Of a DNA stretch of 64,000 nucleotides, positions 18,687 to 30,370 are shown piece by piece (positions within the stretch are counted from its first letter, which is position 1; the number at the start of each line of letters is the position of its first letter). The position numbers and the translations under genes are program-made. The DNA lies in assembly GCA_964413185.1 (NCBI GenBank), contig CAYPSX010000001.1, positions 2,883 to 66,882 of the forward strand, given 5' to 3'. The notes beneath the pieces were generated by a model that saw only the letters and a program-made list of their open reading frames with translations, searched no databases and was not told the DNA's origin. Source of the stretch: an uncultured Bacteroidales bacterium. GTDB lineage: Bacteria > Bacteroidota > Bacteroidia > Bacteroidales > Salinivirgaceae.

Positions 18687-20285
18687 TCAGGAGTTTCTGG
18701 TTGGCGCAGGCCGTTCGTTAATTCCCCATCGGAAAAAAACATAAAAAAATGTAAAAAACAAAGCTCCAGCCTGAGTTTCCAATGTATCTTCATTTATCAT
18801 TGACATAAGAGCAATAATGATGAAAATGATAAATGGCATGTTGAGTGTTTTATTTCGTGCAGCAATAATTATTGGATAAAAAATACCGATCATAAAAATA
18901 ATAAAGCCAATGGAGCCAAAAGTTAATAAAATTGTAAGGTATTGGTTATGTGTCCTTGAGCGCCGTTTTTCTTTTAAAACGCTATTGCTTTCAGTGTAAT
19001 ATTTATCAAAAGCGTCCTGCACATCGCCCGTGCCGATCCCAATTATCGGGTTTTGCAGAAAAATATTCCAACCGGCCTCAAAATAATAAATGCGCTGTAC
19101 AATGGAAAGTCCGGTTGGATTTGAACCGATTTTCATTCGTTCAATTTCCCAAAAAACCCGATACAAGCGGGCATATAAACTAAAATTTTGTAAATAAATA
19201 TGATTGGCAATTCCATTTTCAATAGCTGAGATATCTTTTGGTGTTAGTTTACTAATTCCTACCGAATCTTTTGTCAAGCCTTTTGAAGCCAGGTAGCGAA
19301 TAAGTGTATGTTTTAGCTGATGACCAACTTTATCGCGACCATCAAACTTTAACTCGCTGCGTTCTTCCCATTCTTTTCTTAATTCTTTTGTGCTGATATG
19401 TGAATACACGAAATGTGAGTTTTCGTATATTTGACGCGATAAATGGTGGGTATATTTGTTGCCATTCGCTGTGTATTCCGGAAGTTCGTTTTCAACAGGT
19501 TTGATTCTGTAGTTATACTTTGCCAATGAATGAATGAAGAATGATATGCCTATCAAAACAAACCCTAAAACGGCCATGTAAACAATAAGTCTGAATACAT
19601 AATGCCTTATCAGGGTGGCAAGCCACAAGCTCATAAATACCAGCCCTGTGCCCAAAACAACGATTCCTGTAAGGGAGCGCAAAAGGAGTAAAAATAACAC
19701 AAGCCAAATTGCCAAAGGAATGCCCCAAAATCGAAAATATTTATCTTTTTTACCGGGAAACACAGCTATGTAAATTAATACAAAAATCCCAAGGGCTATC
19801 ATTAATGAAAAGCGTATGTGCGAAATAATTGTGGAAATGTTTCTTGTGGATTGCATTTCTGCAACACCAACAGAAAAATAAATATACACACTGTATAAAG
19901 AAGCTGCAAAGAGCACAACACCAAAAAATTTAAAAACCTGTCTCCAACGGTCAGTTGAAAGCGGCGGGGTTGTAGAAAAAATGATGGGCAAATAAATGAG
20001 TGGCAATTTTACGCGCAGGTCTTTCCAGGCATAATCGAAGTTTTCTGTGTAAAGAAGACCAATAAGATGAATTGTTATGATTCCTAAAAAGGCTAATACT
20101 GTTTTATCCGTAAAAGCTTTGCGAAATTTTTGCGATAGGTTTGTATCAAGCAACCAGTTTAAAATGAGAATCATTTGCCCGATAGACATCATTGCACGCG
20201 AAAACGGCATTCCTGCAAGAATTATGATTATCCCCAGTATGTGGAGATTCTCAATGGACACATATTTACGGAAAGTAGCTATCAT
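18687..20285 (-). CDS. O-antigen ligase-like polytopic membrane protein
   Basis: Many TM helices; GIGTGD and RTHNQYL motifs (Wzy_C-like). Confidence 0.75.
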   Translation of the reverse strand: MIATFRKYVSIENLHILGIIIILAGMPFSRAMMSIGQMILILNWLLDTNLSQKFRKAFTDKTVLAFLGIITIHLIGLLYTENFDYAWKDLRVKLPLIYLPIIFSTTPPLSTDRWRQVFKFFGVVLFAASLYSVYIYFSVGVAEMQSTRNISTIISHIRFSLMIALGIFVLIYIAVFPGKKDKYFRFWGIPLAIWLVLFLLLLRSLTGIVVLGTGLVFMSLWLATLIRHYVFRLIVYMAVLGFVLIGISFFIHSLAKYNYRIKPVENELPEYTANGNKYTHHLSRQIYENSHFVYSHISTKELRKEWEERSELKFDGRDKVGHQLKHTLIRYLASKGLTKDSVGISKLTPKDISAIENGIANHIYLQNFSLYARLYRVFWEIERMKIGSNPTGLSIVQRIYYFEAGWNIFLQNPIIGIGTGDVQDAFDKYYTESNSVLKEKRRSRTHNQYLTILLTFGSIGFIIFMIGIFYPIIIAARNKTLNMPFIIFIIIALMSMINEDTLETQAGALFFTFFYVFFRWGINERPAPTRNS

Positions 20286-20358
20286 ATATACAAAGATAAT
20301 AAATTATCATTCTGACGCATGAATACGAATATACAAAACCGGTTGCTTTTTGGCGTTT

Positions 20359-20577
20359 TTATAGGATTTCAATAGCATTTACCGGGCATTTATTTTTGGC
20401 TTCTGCTAAAGATGCTTCATTCATAAAATGAAATATTTCTGATTGAACCTGTTTTTTTGGTTGTCCGTTAAGTGCAGCTTTACCATCATTCTGGTCCATT
20501 AGAAAAACATCGGGTAATAGTTGGGCGCAAATAGCACAGCCTATGCATTTGTGTCTTTTTAATTGTACTTTTTTCAT
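20359..20577 (-). CDS. Small ferredoxin
   Basis: CIGCAIC...CPVNAI; overlaps the U32 gene by 4 nt. Confidence 0.85.
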   Translation of the reverse strand: MKKVQLKRHKCIGCAICAQLLPDVFLMDQNDGKAALNGQPKKQVQSEIFHFMNEASLAEAKNKCPVNAIEIL

Positions 20578-21860
20578 TGCAGCATGGCATATTTTTGCTT
20601 AACAACTTTATACAACCGGTCGTTTCGTCTTACAATTTCCGGAACTGCAAAACTGATGAATGTTCCCTGCGGTGCTTTTTGCACTGGTTTTCTGTCTAAA
20701 CGGATCTCAGGAACAATCATTTCGATGGTTCCTGTTGTAGGTCCGATGATCAATATCTTGTCGCCAACGGCCAAATCATTAGCTTCGAGTTTAAACTCTG
20801 CTACGCCAATATTAGAAAAATAGTTGGTTGTTTTTCCAACGAGCATTTTCCTTTTTGTGGCCTGTGAACCATAAATGTGGCTCCATTCGCCCATTTTTTG
20901 TCCGAGATAATATCCATCCCAAAATCCGCGGTTAAATACACTCCGAAGCTTGTCCATCCAGCCATCAATCTTTTCCCGGTTATATGTTCCGTTTTCAATG
21001 GCACGAACAGCTTCATCGTAAGTTTTAATTACGGTTTTTACGTATTCGGGACTTCGCGCTCTTCCTTCTATTTTCAATACTTTTACGCCCGCATCCAGTA
21101 TTTTATTTAGAAAGCCAATTGTGCACAGGTCTTTTGGCGACATCAGGTATTCATTGTCGACATCTATTTCGTAACCCGATTCTTTATCTGTAAGAGTGTA
21201 TGACCGGCGACAAGTTTGCATGCAAGCGCCACGATTTGCACTGGCATTGAATTCGTGCAAACTCAGGTAACATTTTCCCGAAATTGCCATGCACAAAGCT
21301 CCGTGCACAAACATTTCTATTTTGATTTGCTCACCTGAAGGGCCTGTAATGTTTTGTTCTTCGATGTTACGCACTAACATGTCAACCTGATTCAGGTTCA
21401 ACTCCCGTGCGAGTACAGCCACATCAACATATTGTGAAAAAAAGCGCAAAGCTTCGGTGTTGCTTATATTGAGTTGGGTTGATGCATGAACTTCCATGTT
21501 TTGTTGTCTTGCATAAACAAGCGCCGCCATGTCTGACACAATTAAGGCATTGATTCCTGCTTTTTTTGCCTGGTCTATTAGCTTTTGAGTCGGTGTAATA
21601 TCATGATCGTACAAAACCGTATTAACTGTCAAATAAGTTTTAGTACCTGTTTTTTCACACCTTTCAACAATTTCCGGCAGGTCTGCAATGCTGAAATTAA
21701 CCGAAGAATGTGCACGCATGTTTAAGTGGCCTACACCAAAATAGACCGAATTGGCTCCTGCATTTATGGCTGTTTGCAGCGATTCGAAATTTCCTGCCGG
21801 AGCCATAATTTCTATTTCATCACGCTTTATCCGGCGATTGTAGGTAATTATTTCACTCAT
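20574..21860 (-). CDS. Peptidase U32 family protein (TrhP/RlhA-like hydroxylase family)
   Basis: EIMAPAG, GANSVYFG, LARELNL, HGALCMAISGKCYLS, NRGACMQTCR, LSPKDLC-like and LKIEGR motifs. Confidence 0.88.
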   Translation of the reverse strand: MSEIITYNRRIKRDEIEIMAPAGNFESLQTAINAGANSVYFGVGHLNMRAHSSVNFSIADLPEIVERCEKTGTKTYLTVNTVLYDHDITPTQKLIDQAKKAGINALIVSDMAALVYARQQNMEVHASTQLNISNTEALRFFSQYVDVAVLARELNLNQVDMLVRNIEEQNITGPSGEQIKIEMFVHGALCMAISGKCYLSLHEFNASANRGACMQTCRRSYTLTDKESGYEIDVDNEYLMSPKDLCTIGFLNKILDAGVKVLKIEGRARSPEYVKTVIKTYDEAVRAIENGTYNREKIDGWMDKLRSVFNRGFWDGYYLGQKMGEWSHIYGSQATKRKMLVGKTTNYFSNIGVAEFKLEANDLAVGDKILIIGPTTGTIEMIVPEIRLDRKPVQKAPQGTFISFAVPEIVRRNDRLYKVVKQKYAMLQ

Positions 21861-22854
21861 CTTTATTCCAATAGGATTTTATCTGGTTAACCATTTTTGG
21901 CACATCTTGTTGCATCATACAATTAAAGTGTTTTTTCGGGCATTTGTCGAATCCAATTTTTGAACAAGGCCGGCATTTGAGTTCGTTCACTTCTGCAATG
22001 TAATACAAATCTTTTTTCTGAGGCATATAAGGATACATTCCCAAAGCTGGCGTAGTGTTTCCCCAAACACTCACAATGGGTTTTTGCAGGGCTGCTGCTA
22101 TGTGCATCATTCCGGTATCCGGTGTAAGTATAACTCTTGATGATTTGATGATTGAGGCTGAATCGTCAATGGTAAGTTTGCCGCATAAATTGACTACCGG
22201 CACTTCCAGTTGATTTGTTAAATCGGTTGAAATTTCGATTTCTTTTGTGCCGCCAATTAATACCGTTGGTTTACCTGTTTTGTTCAGTACATCTGTTAAT
22301 ACTTCGTTGGGTATTTGTTTGGTATAATGATTGGCTCCTAAAACTGTAGTGATGAATCCGTTTTTATGTGTGCCGGGTAATTCGGTTTCCGGAACAAAAT
22401 TTGGATTGAAAAAGTAATCCAGCCCTGCCTTATCGTTTTTAACATTAAAAAGGCTTAATGTTTTCATGTAGCGGTCTACAATATGAATGTCGGGCAAACG
22501 GTTGATTTTAAAACGTACATAAACCCATTTTTTGATGTTGAGCTTATGAAATGAAAAAGAAATTCGGTGCAACGCCCTTTTTACACGCAAAGACCTCAGG
22601 TTTTTATGCAAATCAATTACATAATCAAATTCAATTTCTTTAAGTTGGTTCAACAACTCGGGCAAGTTATTATCAAACGTGTGTATTTTATCGATGTATG
22701 GATTGTTCTCTACAAGCTTGCTGAACTTTTTTTTGGTGAGAAAGTGTATTTCAGTCCCTTCGACCTGTTTTTTTAAGTTGCGTACAACAGGTGTTGTAAG
22801 AACAATATCGCCAATAGAGCTAAATCGAATAATCAGAAAACGTACTTTTTCCAT
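21853..22854 (-). CDS. Glycosyltransferase family 9 (heptosyltransferase-like)
   Basis: IRFSSIGDIVLTTP, DTGMMHIAAA and WGNT motifs. The start is reassigned to ATG 22854 because a TACCTTTG promoter element lies at 22879-22886. Confidence 0.88.
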   Translation of the reverse strand: MEKVRFLIIRFSSIGDIVLTTPVVRNLKKQVEGTEIHFLTKKKFSKLVENNPYIDKIHTFDNNLPELLNQLKEIEFDYVIDLHKNLRSLRVKRALHRISFSFHKLNIKKWVYVRFKINRLPDIHIVDRYMKTLSLFNVKNDKAGLDYFFNPNFVPETELPGTHKNGFITTVLGANHYTKQIPNEVLTDVLNKTGKPTVLIGGTKEIEISTDLTNQLEVPVVNLCGKLTIDDSASIIKSSRVILTPDTGMMHIAAALQKPIVSVWGNTTPALGMYPYMPQKKDLYYIAEVNELKCRPCSKIGFDKCPKKHFNCMMQQDVPKMVNQIKSYWNKDE

Positions 22855-23005
22855 ATTTGCCGGGTTATAATTCGGCCACAAAGGTAATTATTTTTAACTC
22901 GAAAAATTTTTCGAAAAATTCAATATGTGGCATGGGAAATAAAGTGTGGAAAATGGGTTTGAGATTTTGGCAGAGGTGCTTTTGTCAAAAAGCAGAAGTG
23001 AATAC

Positions 23006-23040
23006 AAAAGAAAAACCGCCACATTTGTTTATGCAGCGGT
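23006..23040 (-). terminator. Intrinsic terminator after atpC
   Basis: Minus strand reads ACCGCTGCAT-loop-ATGTGGCGGT followed by TTTTCTTTT. Confidence 0.65.
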
Positions 23041-23047
23041 AGTTGTT

Positions 23048-23293
23048 TTATTCGCTCATTTCTGTGAGCACAATTATTTCGTTGTTTTTCATTTGTATGA
23101 CGCCTCCCGGAATCTCGTAAAAGTCTTCTTCGCCGTGTTTATCTTTAATTCTTACTTGCCCTTCGGTGAGGGTAGAGATTATTGGGGCGTGGTTTTTCAA
23201 CATAGCAAACTTTCCGGCTTTCCCGGGCACTTGTACCAGGGTTACTTTGCCATCGAACAGTATTTCTTCCGGTGTAATTATTTTTAAATGCAT
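23048..23293 (-). CDS. atpC: ATP synthase epsilon subunit (short form)
   Basis: LKIITPE, VQVPGKAGKFAMLKNHAP; 81 aa with no C-terminal helical hairpin. Confidence 0.92.
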   Translation of the reverse strand: MHLKIITPEEILFDGKVTLVQVPGKAGKFAMLKNHAPIISTLTEGQVRIKDKHGEEDFYEIPGGVIQMKNNEIIVLTEMSE

Positions 23294-23300
23294 GCGTTAT

Positions 23301-24830
<1,530 letters not shown>

Positions 24831-24865
24831 CTATAATTTCTTAAAGATAAAAATTAATTAGTAAA

Positions 24866-25837
24866 CTAGCTTTGCCGACCAATTAATTTTTTTGCAACCT
24901 CATACAAAGGTGTTTTTCGGTTTTCGTCTATATTCACCTTTTTCAGATAATTGAATGCTTTTTCGTAATGCTGAAGAATATACTCTTCTGTAATTGTTTT
25001 TATATCTAATTTGTTGTAAATATCGAGTACTTTTTCAACCTTTTCTCTGTCGTCTATTTTAGTGTTTCCTAATAGTGATGTGAGTTCATCATGATAAGCT
25101 CCTTTCGCAAGCTCTAAAGCTTTTAACAGAAGAAAGGTCTTTTTGTTTGCCACAATATCGCCTCCGATTTTTTTCCCGAAGGTTTTTGTTGTGCCATAAG
25201 CATCAAGCAAATCATCCTGTAATTGAAAAGCTAACCCCAGGTGTTCGCCGAAACAATACATGTTTTTGGCATTTTCACTGTCGGCACCGCCAATTATTGC
25301 ACCTATTTGCAATGCTCCGGCAAGTAATACTGAGGTTTTTAACCTGATCATTTTTATGTAATCGGATAAAGATACCTGGTCATCATTTTCGAAATCAAGG
25401 TCGTATTGCTGGCCCTCGCATACTTGTGCTGCGATGTGGTTAAAAACAGTGAGTGCTTCACGAGTATGCAATTCAAGTTTATTAAATTCTTCGTATGCTT
25501 TAATGATCATTAAATCGCCGCTTAATATAGCAATATTGAGGTTCCATTGTTTGTATACGGTGGGTTGGTTCCTGCGCAAATCGGCATTATCCATAATATC
25601 GTCGTGGATCAGCGTTGAATTGTGAAAAATTTCGATACCCAAAGCGGCTGGTATGGCTTTATCGGGTTTTTGACCAAATGCTTCACAAGCCATAAGCAGC
25701 AGTACGGGGCGAACACGTTTCCCGCCCATTCCAAGGGTGTAAATTACAGGGTTTTCCAGATTGGCCGGGCCAATTGCGGGGGAATATCCTTCTAATTCTT
25801 TATTGAATATTTCAAGCAGTTCTTCGAAACTATGCAT
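24866..25837 (-). CDS. Polyprenyl diphosphate synthase (IspA/GGPP synthase-like)
   Basis: GGKRVRP, LIHDDIMD, EGQQYD, FQLQDD and NKKT motifs. Confidence 0.9.
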   Translation of the reverse strand: MHSFEELLEIFNKELEGYSPAIGPANLENPVIYTLGMGGKRVRPVLLLMACEAFGQKPDKAIPAALGIEIFHNSTLIHDDIMDNADLRRNQPTVYKQWNLNIAILSGDLMIIKAYEEFNKLELHTREALTVFNHIAAQVCEGQQYDLDFENDDQVSLSDYIKMIRLKTSVLLAGALQIGAIIGGADSENAKNMYCFGEHLGLAFQLQDDLLDAYGTTKTFGKKIGGDIVANKKTFLLLKALELAKGAYHDELTSLLGNTKIDDREKVEKVLDIYNKLDIKTITEEYILQHYEKAFNYLKKVNIDENRKTPLYEVAKKLIGRQS

Positions 25838-25846
25838 GCGGTTTTT

Positions 25847-26785
25847 TTATTGGTTTTCAAAAAGTCCGATTTTCAGTATTTTATGCAGTCCTTCTTTCAG
25901 GGGGATCAAATCGTGCCCGAGAATTTCTTTCATTGAAGTGTTGTCGGGTTGACGTCTTTTCATATCGCCATCTTTTAAGGGTGGCAGATAAACAATTTCT
26001 GATTGGCTCCCGGTTACATCTATAATTGTTTTGGCCAGTTCATTAATAGTAATTTCGCGGCTTCCGCCAATATTCATCACATCATTCACCACCAGGTTCT
26101 CTTTGAGGTCTTTTAATGTTGTTTCTACATTGTCGTCTATATAACAAAAAGTGCGAGTTTGGGAGCCGTCGCCATATATCGTTATATCCTCATTTTTAAA
26201 GGCTTTCATGAGAAATTTACTAATTACAAAATCTCTCGATTGTTTCGGGCCATAGGTGTTGAAAAAACGATAAATGGTATAATCGAGGTTGTATTCCTGG
26301 TGATAGCTGCGTAAAAATGCTTCTCCGACATTTTTCACAATGGCATAAGGTAATCGTGAATTGAGCGGAGTTGTATATACATTTTGGGGTATTTCTACGG
26401 GTTCGCCGTATATTTCTGATGAGGAGGAAAAGAAAATTCTTTTCACCCCGGTATTTTTACAAAGGCCCAAAATGTATTTGATTCCTTCAATATCGCGAAG
26501 CACATTTACCGGATATTCTTGTGTTCTTTTAACGCCCACTAATGCTGCATAATGAAAAACATAGTCGAATTTGAATCCGAGCATGATTTCGGAGATGTCG
26601 TGATAATTATTGACATCGCATTTGATAAATTTCCAGTTATCTGATTTGTTTTCCGGAAGTTTATTGTAGTCTCCGGTGCTTAAATCGTCAACAATTACAA
26701 CATAATTATCCGGGTCGGCAATGAGCTTTTCAGCCAGTGCGCTTCCTATAAAACCGGCACCTCCGGTAATGAGTATTTTGTTCAT
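25847..26785 (-). CDS. NAD-dependent epimerase/dehydratase (extended SDR)
   Basis: ITGGAGFIG, SSSSEIYG, YAIVK (YxxxK) and RFFNTYGP motifs. Confidence 0.9.
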   Translation of the reverse strand: MNKILITGGAGFIGSALAEKLIADPDNYVVIVDDLSTGDYNKLPENKSDNWKFIKCDVNNYHDISEIMLGFKFDYVFHYAALVGVKRTQEYPVNVLRDIEGIKYILGLCKNTGVKRIFFSSSSEIYGEPVEIPQNVYTTPLNSRLPYAIVKNVGEAFLRSYHQEYNLDYTIYRFFNTYGPKQSRDFVISKFLMKAFKNEDITIYGDGSQTRTFCYIDDNVETTLKDLKENLVVNDVMNIGGSREITINELAKTIIDVTGSQSEIVYLPPLKDGDMKRRQPDNTSMKEILGHDLIPLKEGLHKILKIGLFENQ

Positions 26786-26914
26786 AATAAGATTTTTAAA
26801 TCAACAAAGAAAAATTAACAAAGAAAACCGGACATCGATATTCATGCCGACTTATCTATTTTTGTGCTTTAAAGAAACCAAATTATACATTTTGTGCGTG
26901 AAATACAATACGTA

Positions 26915-29317
26915 TTATCCGCCATTTTTTTCTTCATCATCAATTTCGAGTTTAATTTCGTCAAGCTCCAGATCATCGTCTTCTTCATAAATGTGGATGA
27001 GTGGCTCGCGGAAGGCACGTGTAGTAATAATCTTTTCAAGTGTCATTAATAATGTGGGCAACAAGATAAGATTTGAAAACATGGCAAAAAGCAAAGTTAG
27101 GGAAACAAGTATTCCCAGTGCCTGTGTTCCGCCGAATTCTGAAGCAGAAAAGATAGAGAACCCGAAAAACAAAATCACGCTGGTATACATCATGCTTACC
27201 CCGGTTTCGCGAATGGCTTCAGTTACTGCTTTTGAAATATTCCAGTTAAAAACGGTGAGTTCCTGTCGGTATTTGGCAAGGAAGTGAATGGTGTCATCTA
27301 CAGATATTCCAAATGCAATACTAAAAATTAGTATGGTAGAAACTTTGATGGGAATGCCGAAGTATCCCATAATGGCAGCGGTCAATAAAAGTGGTATGAA
27401 GTTCGGAATCAGTGAGATAACTACCATGCGCCAGGAGTAAAACATAAAAGCCATGAAAATGGCAATAATAACTATTGCAATGGCTAATGAAATAAATAAA
27501 TTGCGTATGAGATAACGGGTTCCTTTGGAGTAAATTACACTGGATCCGGTAATAATTACATCGTATTTGTCAGGTGGGAATATACTGTCTGCTTCCTGCC
27601 TGATTTGTTGTTTAAGGTCCTTCATTTCGTCGGTACCAACATCTTTTACATTCATGCTGATGCGGGTAATTTGACGTGAAGTATCGATAAACGACCTTAT
27701 GAGGCTGTCGCTTTGTTCGGCTCCGCGCAAATATCTGGCTATTCGCACGCGTTCACGTTCTACGGGCATTTTATACCTTCGGGGGTCGCCTCCGCGGTAT
27801 GCCTGTCGCAGGAATTTCGCAGCATCTGAAACAGACATCGACTTGCTGAATTCATCGTATTGTGCAAGCCTGTTTTGTAGTGTATCAATTTTTCTTAGGT
27901 TATCTAAATCCAGCACGCCGCCTTTTTTGCGGGTATTGATCATTATTTCGAACGGAATGATACCGCCAAACTCTTCCTGAAAAAACTCTAAATCGCGGTA
28001 CATGGGATCGTCGTGTGGAATATCGTCAATCATGTACCCCGTTATTTTCATTTGCGTAATTCCAATTATGATTATAATCAATGTAATTCCGGTTACAATG
28101 TATACTTTAGGCCGGTGTTTTTCTGTAATTACAACAAGCTTGTCAATAAATTTTTTGACCAGTTTATAGTCGAGGTGTTTTATATGTTTCCTGCGCGGGG
28201 GTGGCAAAAAACTAAAAATGATTGGAATTAGTGTTAATGCTAAAAGAAAAACGCCCAAAATATTAAGTGAGGCCAATATGCCGAATTCTATAAGTATAGC
28301 GCTTGTTGTTAGTATAAAAGTAGCAAAACCGGATGCAGTGGTCAAATTTGTCAGGAATATTGCATTGCCAATTTTATGAATAACTCGCTGTAAAGCTTTA
28401 ATTTTATTTCCGTGTTTTTTGTATTCTGCGTGGTATTTATTGAGCAGGAAAATACTATTTGGAACACCAATAACAATTAGTAACGGGGGAATCATTCCTG
28501 TGAGAATGGTAATTTCGAAGCCGAACAGAACAATAAACCCAAAAGACCAAACTGCGCCAATGGCAACAACCAAAAGTGAAAAAAACACAACTTTAAACGA
28601 ACGAAAGAAAAGGTATAAAATAATAGATGTGACAAGAAATGCCAAAATCATAAAAATGCCCAGTTCAAACTTGATTTTTTTGGTTATTTCGGTTCGTAAA
28701 TAGGGCAAGCCGGAGTATTCAAGCGTTACATCGTATTTCTCGGCATATTTATCTGTGATGGCATGTATTTTATCAACTACCTCGAGTCGCTTTTCGCTGT
28801 TAAGCACATCTTTGCGAAGCGTTATGGCCATTATATATGTTTTGCTCGAGTCAATGTAAAGCATGTCCCTGTAGAAAGGCAGTTCGTGAAATTGCTCTAC
28901 AAGGCTGTCGAGTTTATGTTGGGTTTTAACGGTATCGGGAAAGACCCGTTTGCTTTCAAAAGATTGATTACGCCGATTAAGGTCAATATTGACAGCTGTT
29001 CCTACAGATACGACTTGTGTTACACCTTCTATCTGGCGGAATTGGTTTGATAATGCCTGCCAGGCGTTGAATTTGTTAAGCTGAAAAAAATCGGGGTCTT
29101 GAACACCCACAATAAATACATTGGCTCCTTCGCCAAAAATTTCTTTAAAGTATTCATTTTCAAGGTAGGTTGTGTCTCCTTCTGGCAGCATTTGCGCATA
29201 TTTGTAAGACATTTGCGCATCTTTACCTTTCCATGCTAAAAATGCTGTAATAATTGCTATTCCAATTAGGAATGCGATCCTGTTCCTGAGAATAATTCTG
29301 GCGATACTAACCCACAT
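26915..29317 (-). CDS. MMPL/RND family transporter
   Basis: Two repeats of TM + large loop + TM bundle; IGVPNSIFL and GISVDDTIHF motifs. Has its own TATTTTTG element at 29335-29342. Confidence 0.85.
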   Translation of the reverse strand: MWVSIARIILRNRIAFLIGIAIITAFLAWKGKDAQMSYKYAQMLPEGDTTYLENEYFKEIFGEGANVFIVGVQDPDFFQLNKFNAWQALSNQFRQIEGVTQVVSVGTAVNIDLNRRNQSFESKRVFPDTVKTQHKLDSLVEQFHELPFYRDMLYIDSSKTYIMAITLRKDVLNSEKRLEVVDKIHAITDKYAEKYDVTLEYSGLPYLRTEITKKIKFELGIFMILAFLVTSIILYLFFRSFKVVFFSLLVVAIGAVWSFGFIVLFGFEITILTGMIPPLLIVIGVPNSIFLLNKYHAEYKKHGNKIKALQRVIHKIGNAIFLTNLTTASGFATFILTTSAILIEFGILASLNILGVFLLALTLIPIIFSFLPPPRRKHIKHLDYKLVKKFIDKLVVITEKHRPKVYIVTGITLIIIIIGITQMKITGYMIDDIPHDDPMYRDLEFFQEEFGGIIPFEIMINTRKKGGVLDLDNLRKIDTLQNRLAQYDEFSKSMSVSDAAKFLRQAYRGGDPRRYKMPVERERVRIARYLRGAEQSDSLIRSFIDTSRQITRISMNVKDVGTDEMKDLKQQIRQEADSIFPPDKYDVIITGSSVIYSKGTRYLIRNLFISLAIAIVIIAIFMAFMFYSWRMVVISLIPNFIPLLLTAAIMGYFGIPIKVSTILIFSIAFGISVDDTIHFLAKYRQELTVFNWNISKAVTEAIRETGVSMMYTSVILFFGFSIFSASEFGGTQALGILVSLTLLFAMFSNLILLPTLLMTLEKIITTRAFREPLIHIYEEDDDLELDEIKLEIDDEEKNGG

Positions 29318-29431
29318 TGCTATAAAATTTCAGGCAAAAATAAACGATAAAGCCAGATTTTCAAAAATATGAAGAAAATGTTGTTGAATATCGTGGCATA
29401 TTGTAGAAACAACTAACTAAAGCGACTTTTA

Positions 29432-30304
29432 CTATTTTCCAAGTGCATTGGCCCCGCTTACAATTTCTGAAATTTCATTCGTAATTGCAGCCTGGCGGGC
29501 TTTATTGTAATTTAGAGTCAGGTCGCGGATAAGGTCTGTTGCATTGTCTGTGGCCTTGTGCATGGCGGTCATCCTCGCACCGTGCTCCGAGGCAAGGGAG
29601 TCAAGCAAAGCACTATGAAATGTAATTTGGAGTATTCTTGGCATGAGATCTTGTATTATTTCATCAGCCGAAGGCTCCAAAATATAGTTTGTATCGTGCT
29701 CTTCTTCGCCGGTCTCAGATTCAAGTTCAACAGGCAGGAAGTCTGTACTGGCTACTTTTTGTACGCCGGCATTTTTAAATGAATTATAGAATAACACAAC
29801 TTTATCGAAATTACCACGGGTAAACTCTTTAACAATTATTTTGGTGGTTTCTGCACTCTGGGCAAATGAATGATCGTCGAGTAAACTATCCATATTCTTC
29901 CAAACATTGAAACCTTCTCGTTTTACAACCTCATGGCCTTTTTTACCAATGGTTAAAAATTCTACAAGGCCTTGTTGCGAAAAGTTTTGCCGCGCATAAT
30001 GAATGGCAGCCTTTGCAATTTGGTAATTAAAAGCGCCACACAAACCTTTATTAGATGTAAAAAGCACAAAAAGTACCCGTTCTACTTCGCGCGATTCTGT
30101 CAACGGACTTTGGTGTTCGTTTTCGGTAGCCGCTGCAATTTGTCTGGCTACTTTATGCAGTTCGTTTGTGTAGGGGCGTATTTTCTGGATGGCATCCTGG
30201 GCTTTCCGTAATTTTGCAGCAGAAACCATTTTCATTGCCGAAGTTACCTGCCGCGTGTTTTTTACCGATGCAATCCGGGTTCGTATTTCTTTTAAATTAG
30301 CCAT
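29432..30304 (-). CDS. atpG: ATP synthase gamma subunit
   Basis: MANLKEIRTRI, NKGLCG, SEHGARM and RQAAITNEISEI motifs. Confidence 0.97.
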   Translation of the reverse strand: MANLKEIRTRIASVKNTRQVTSAMKMVSAAKLRKAQDAIQKIRPYTNELHKVARQIAAATENEHQSPLTESREVERVLFVLFTSNKGLCGAFNYQIAKAAIHYARQNFSQQGLVEFLTIGKKGHEVVKREGFNVWKNMDSLLDDHSFAQSAETTKIIVKEFTRGNFDKVVLFYNSFKNAGVQKVASTDFLPVELESETGEEEHDTNYILEPSADEIIQDLMPRILQITFHSALLDSLASEHGARMTAMHKATDNATDLIRDLTLNYNKARQAAITNEISEIVSGANALGK

Positions 30305-30370
30305 AAAAGTTTGCCTATGTTATGTTTTTCTTACCAAGTGAAAAGGATAAAATTCTGATTTATTTGTTCC

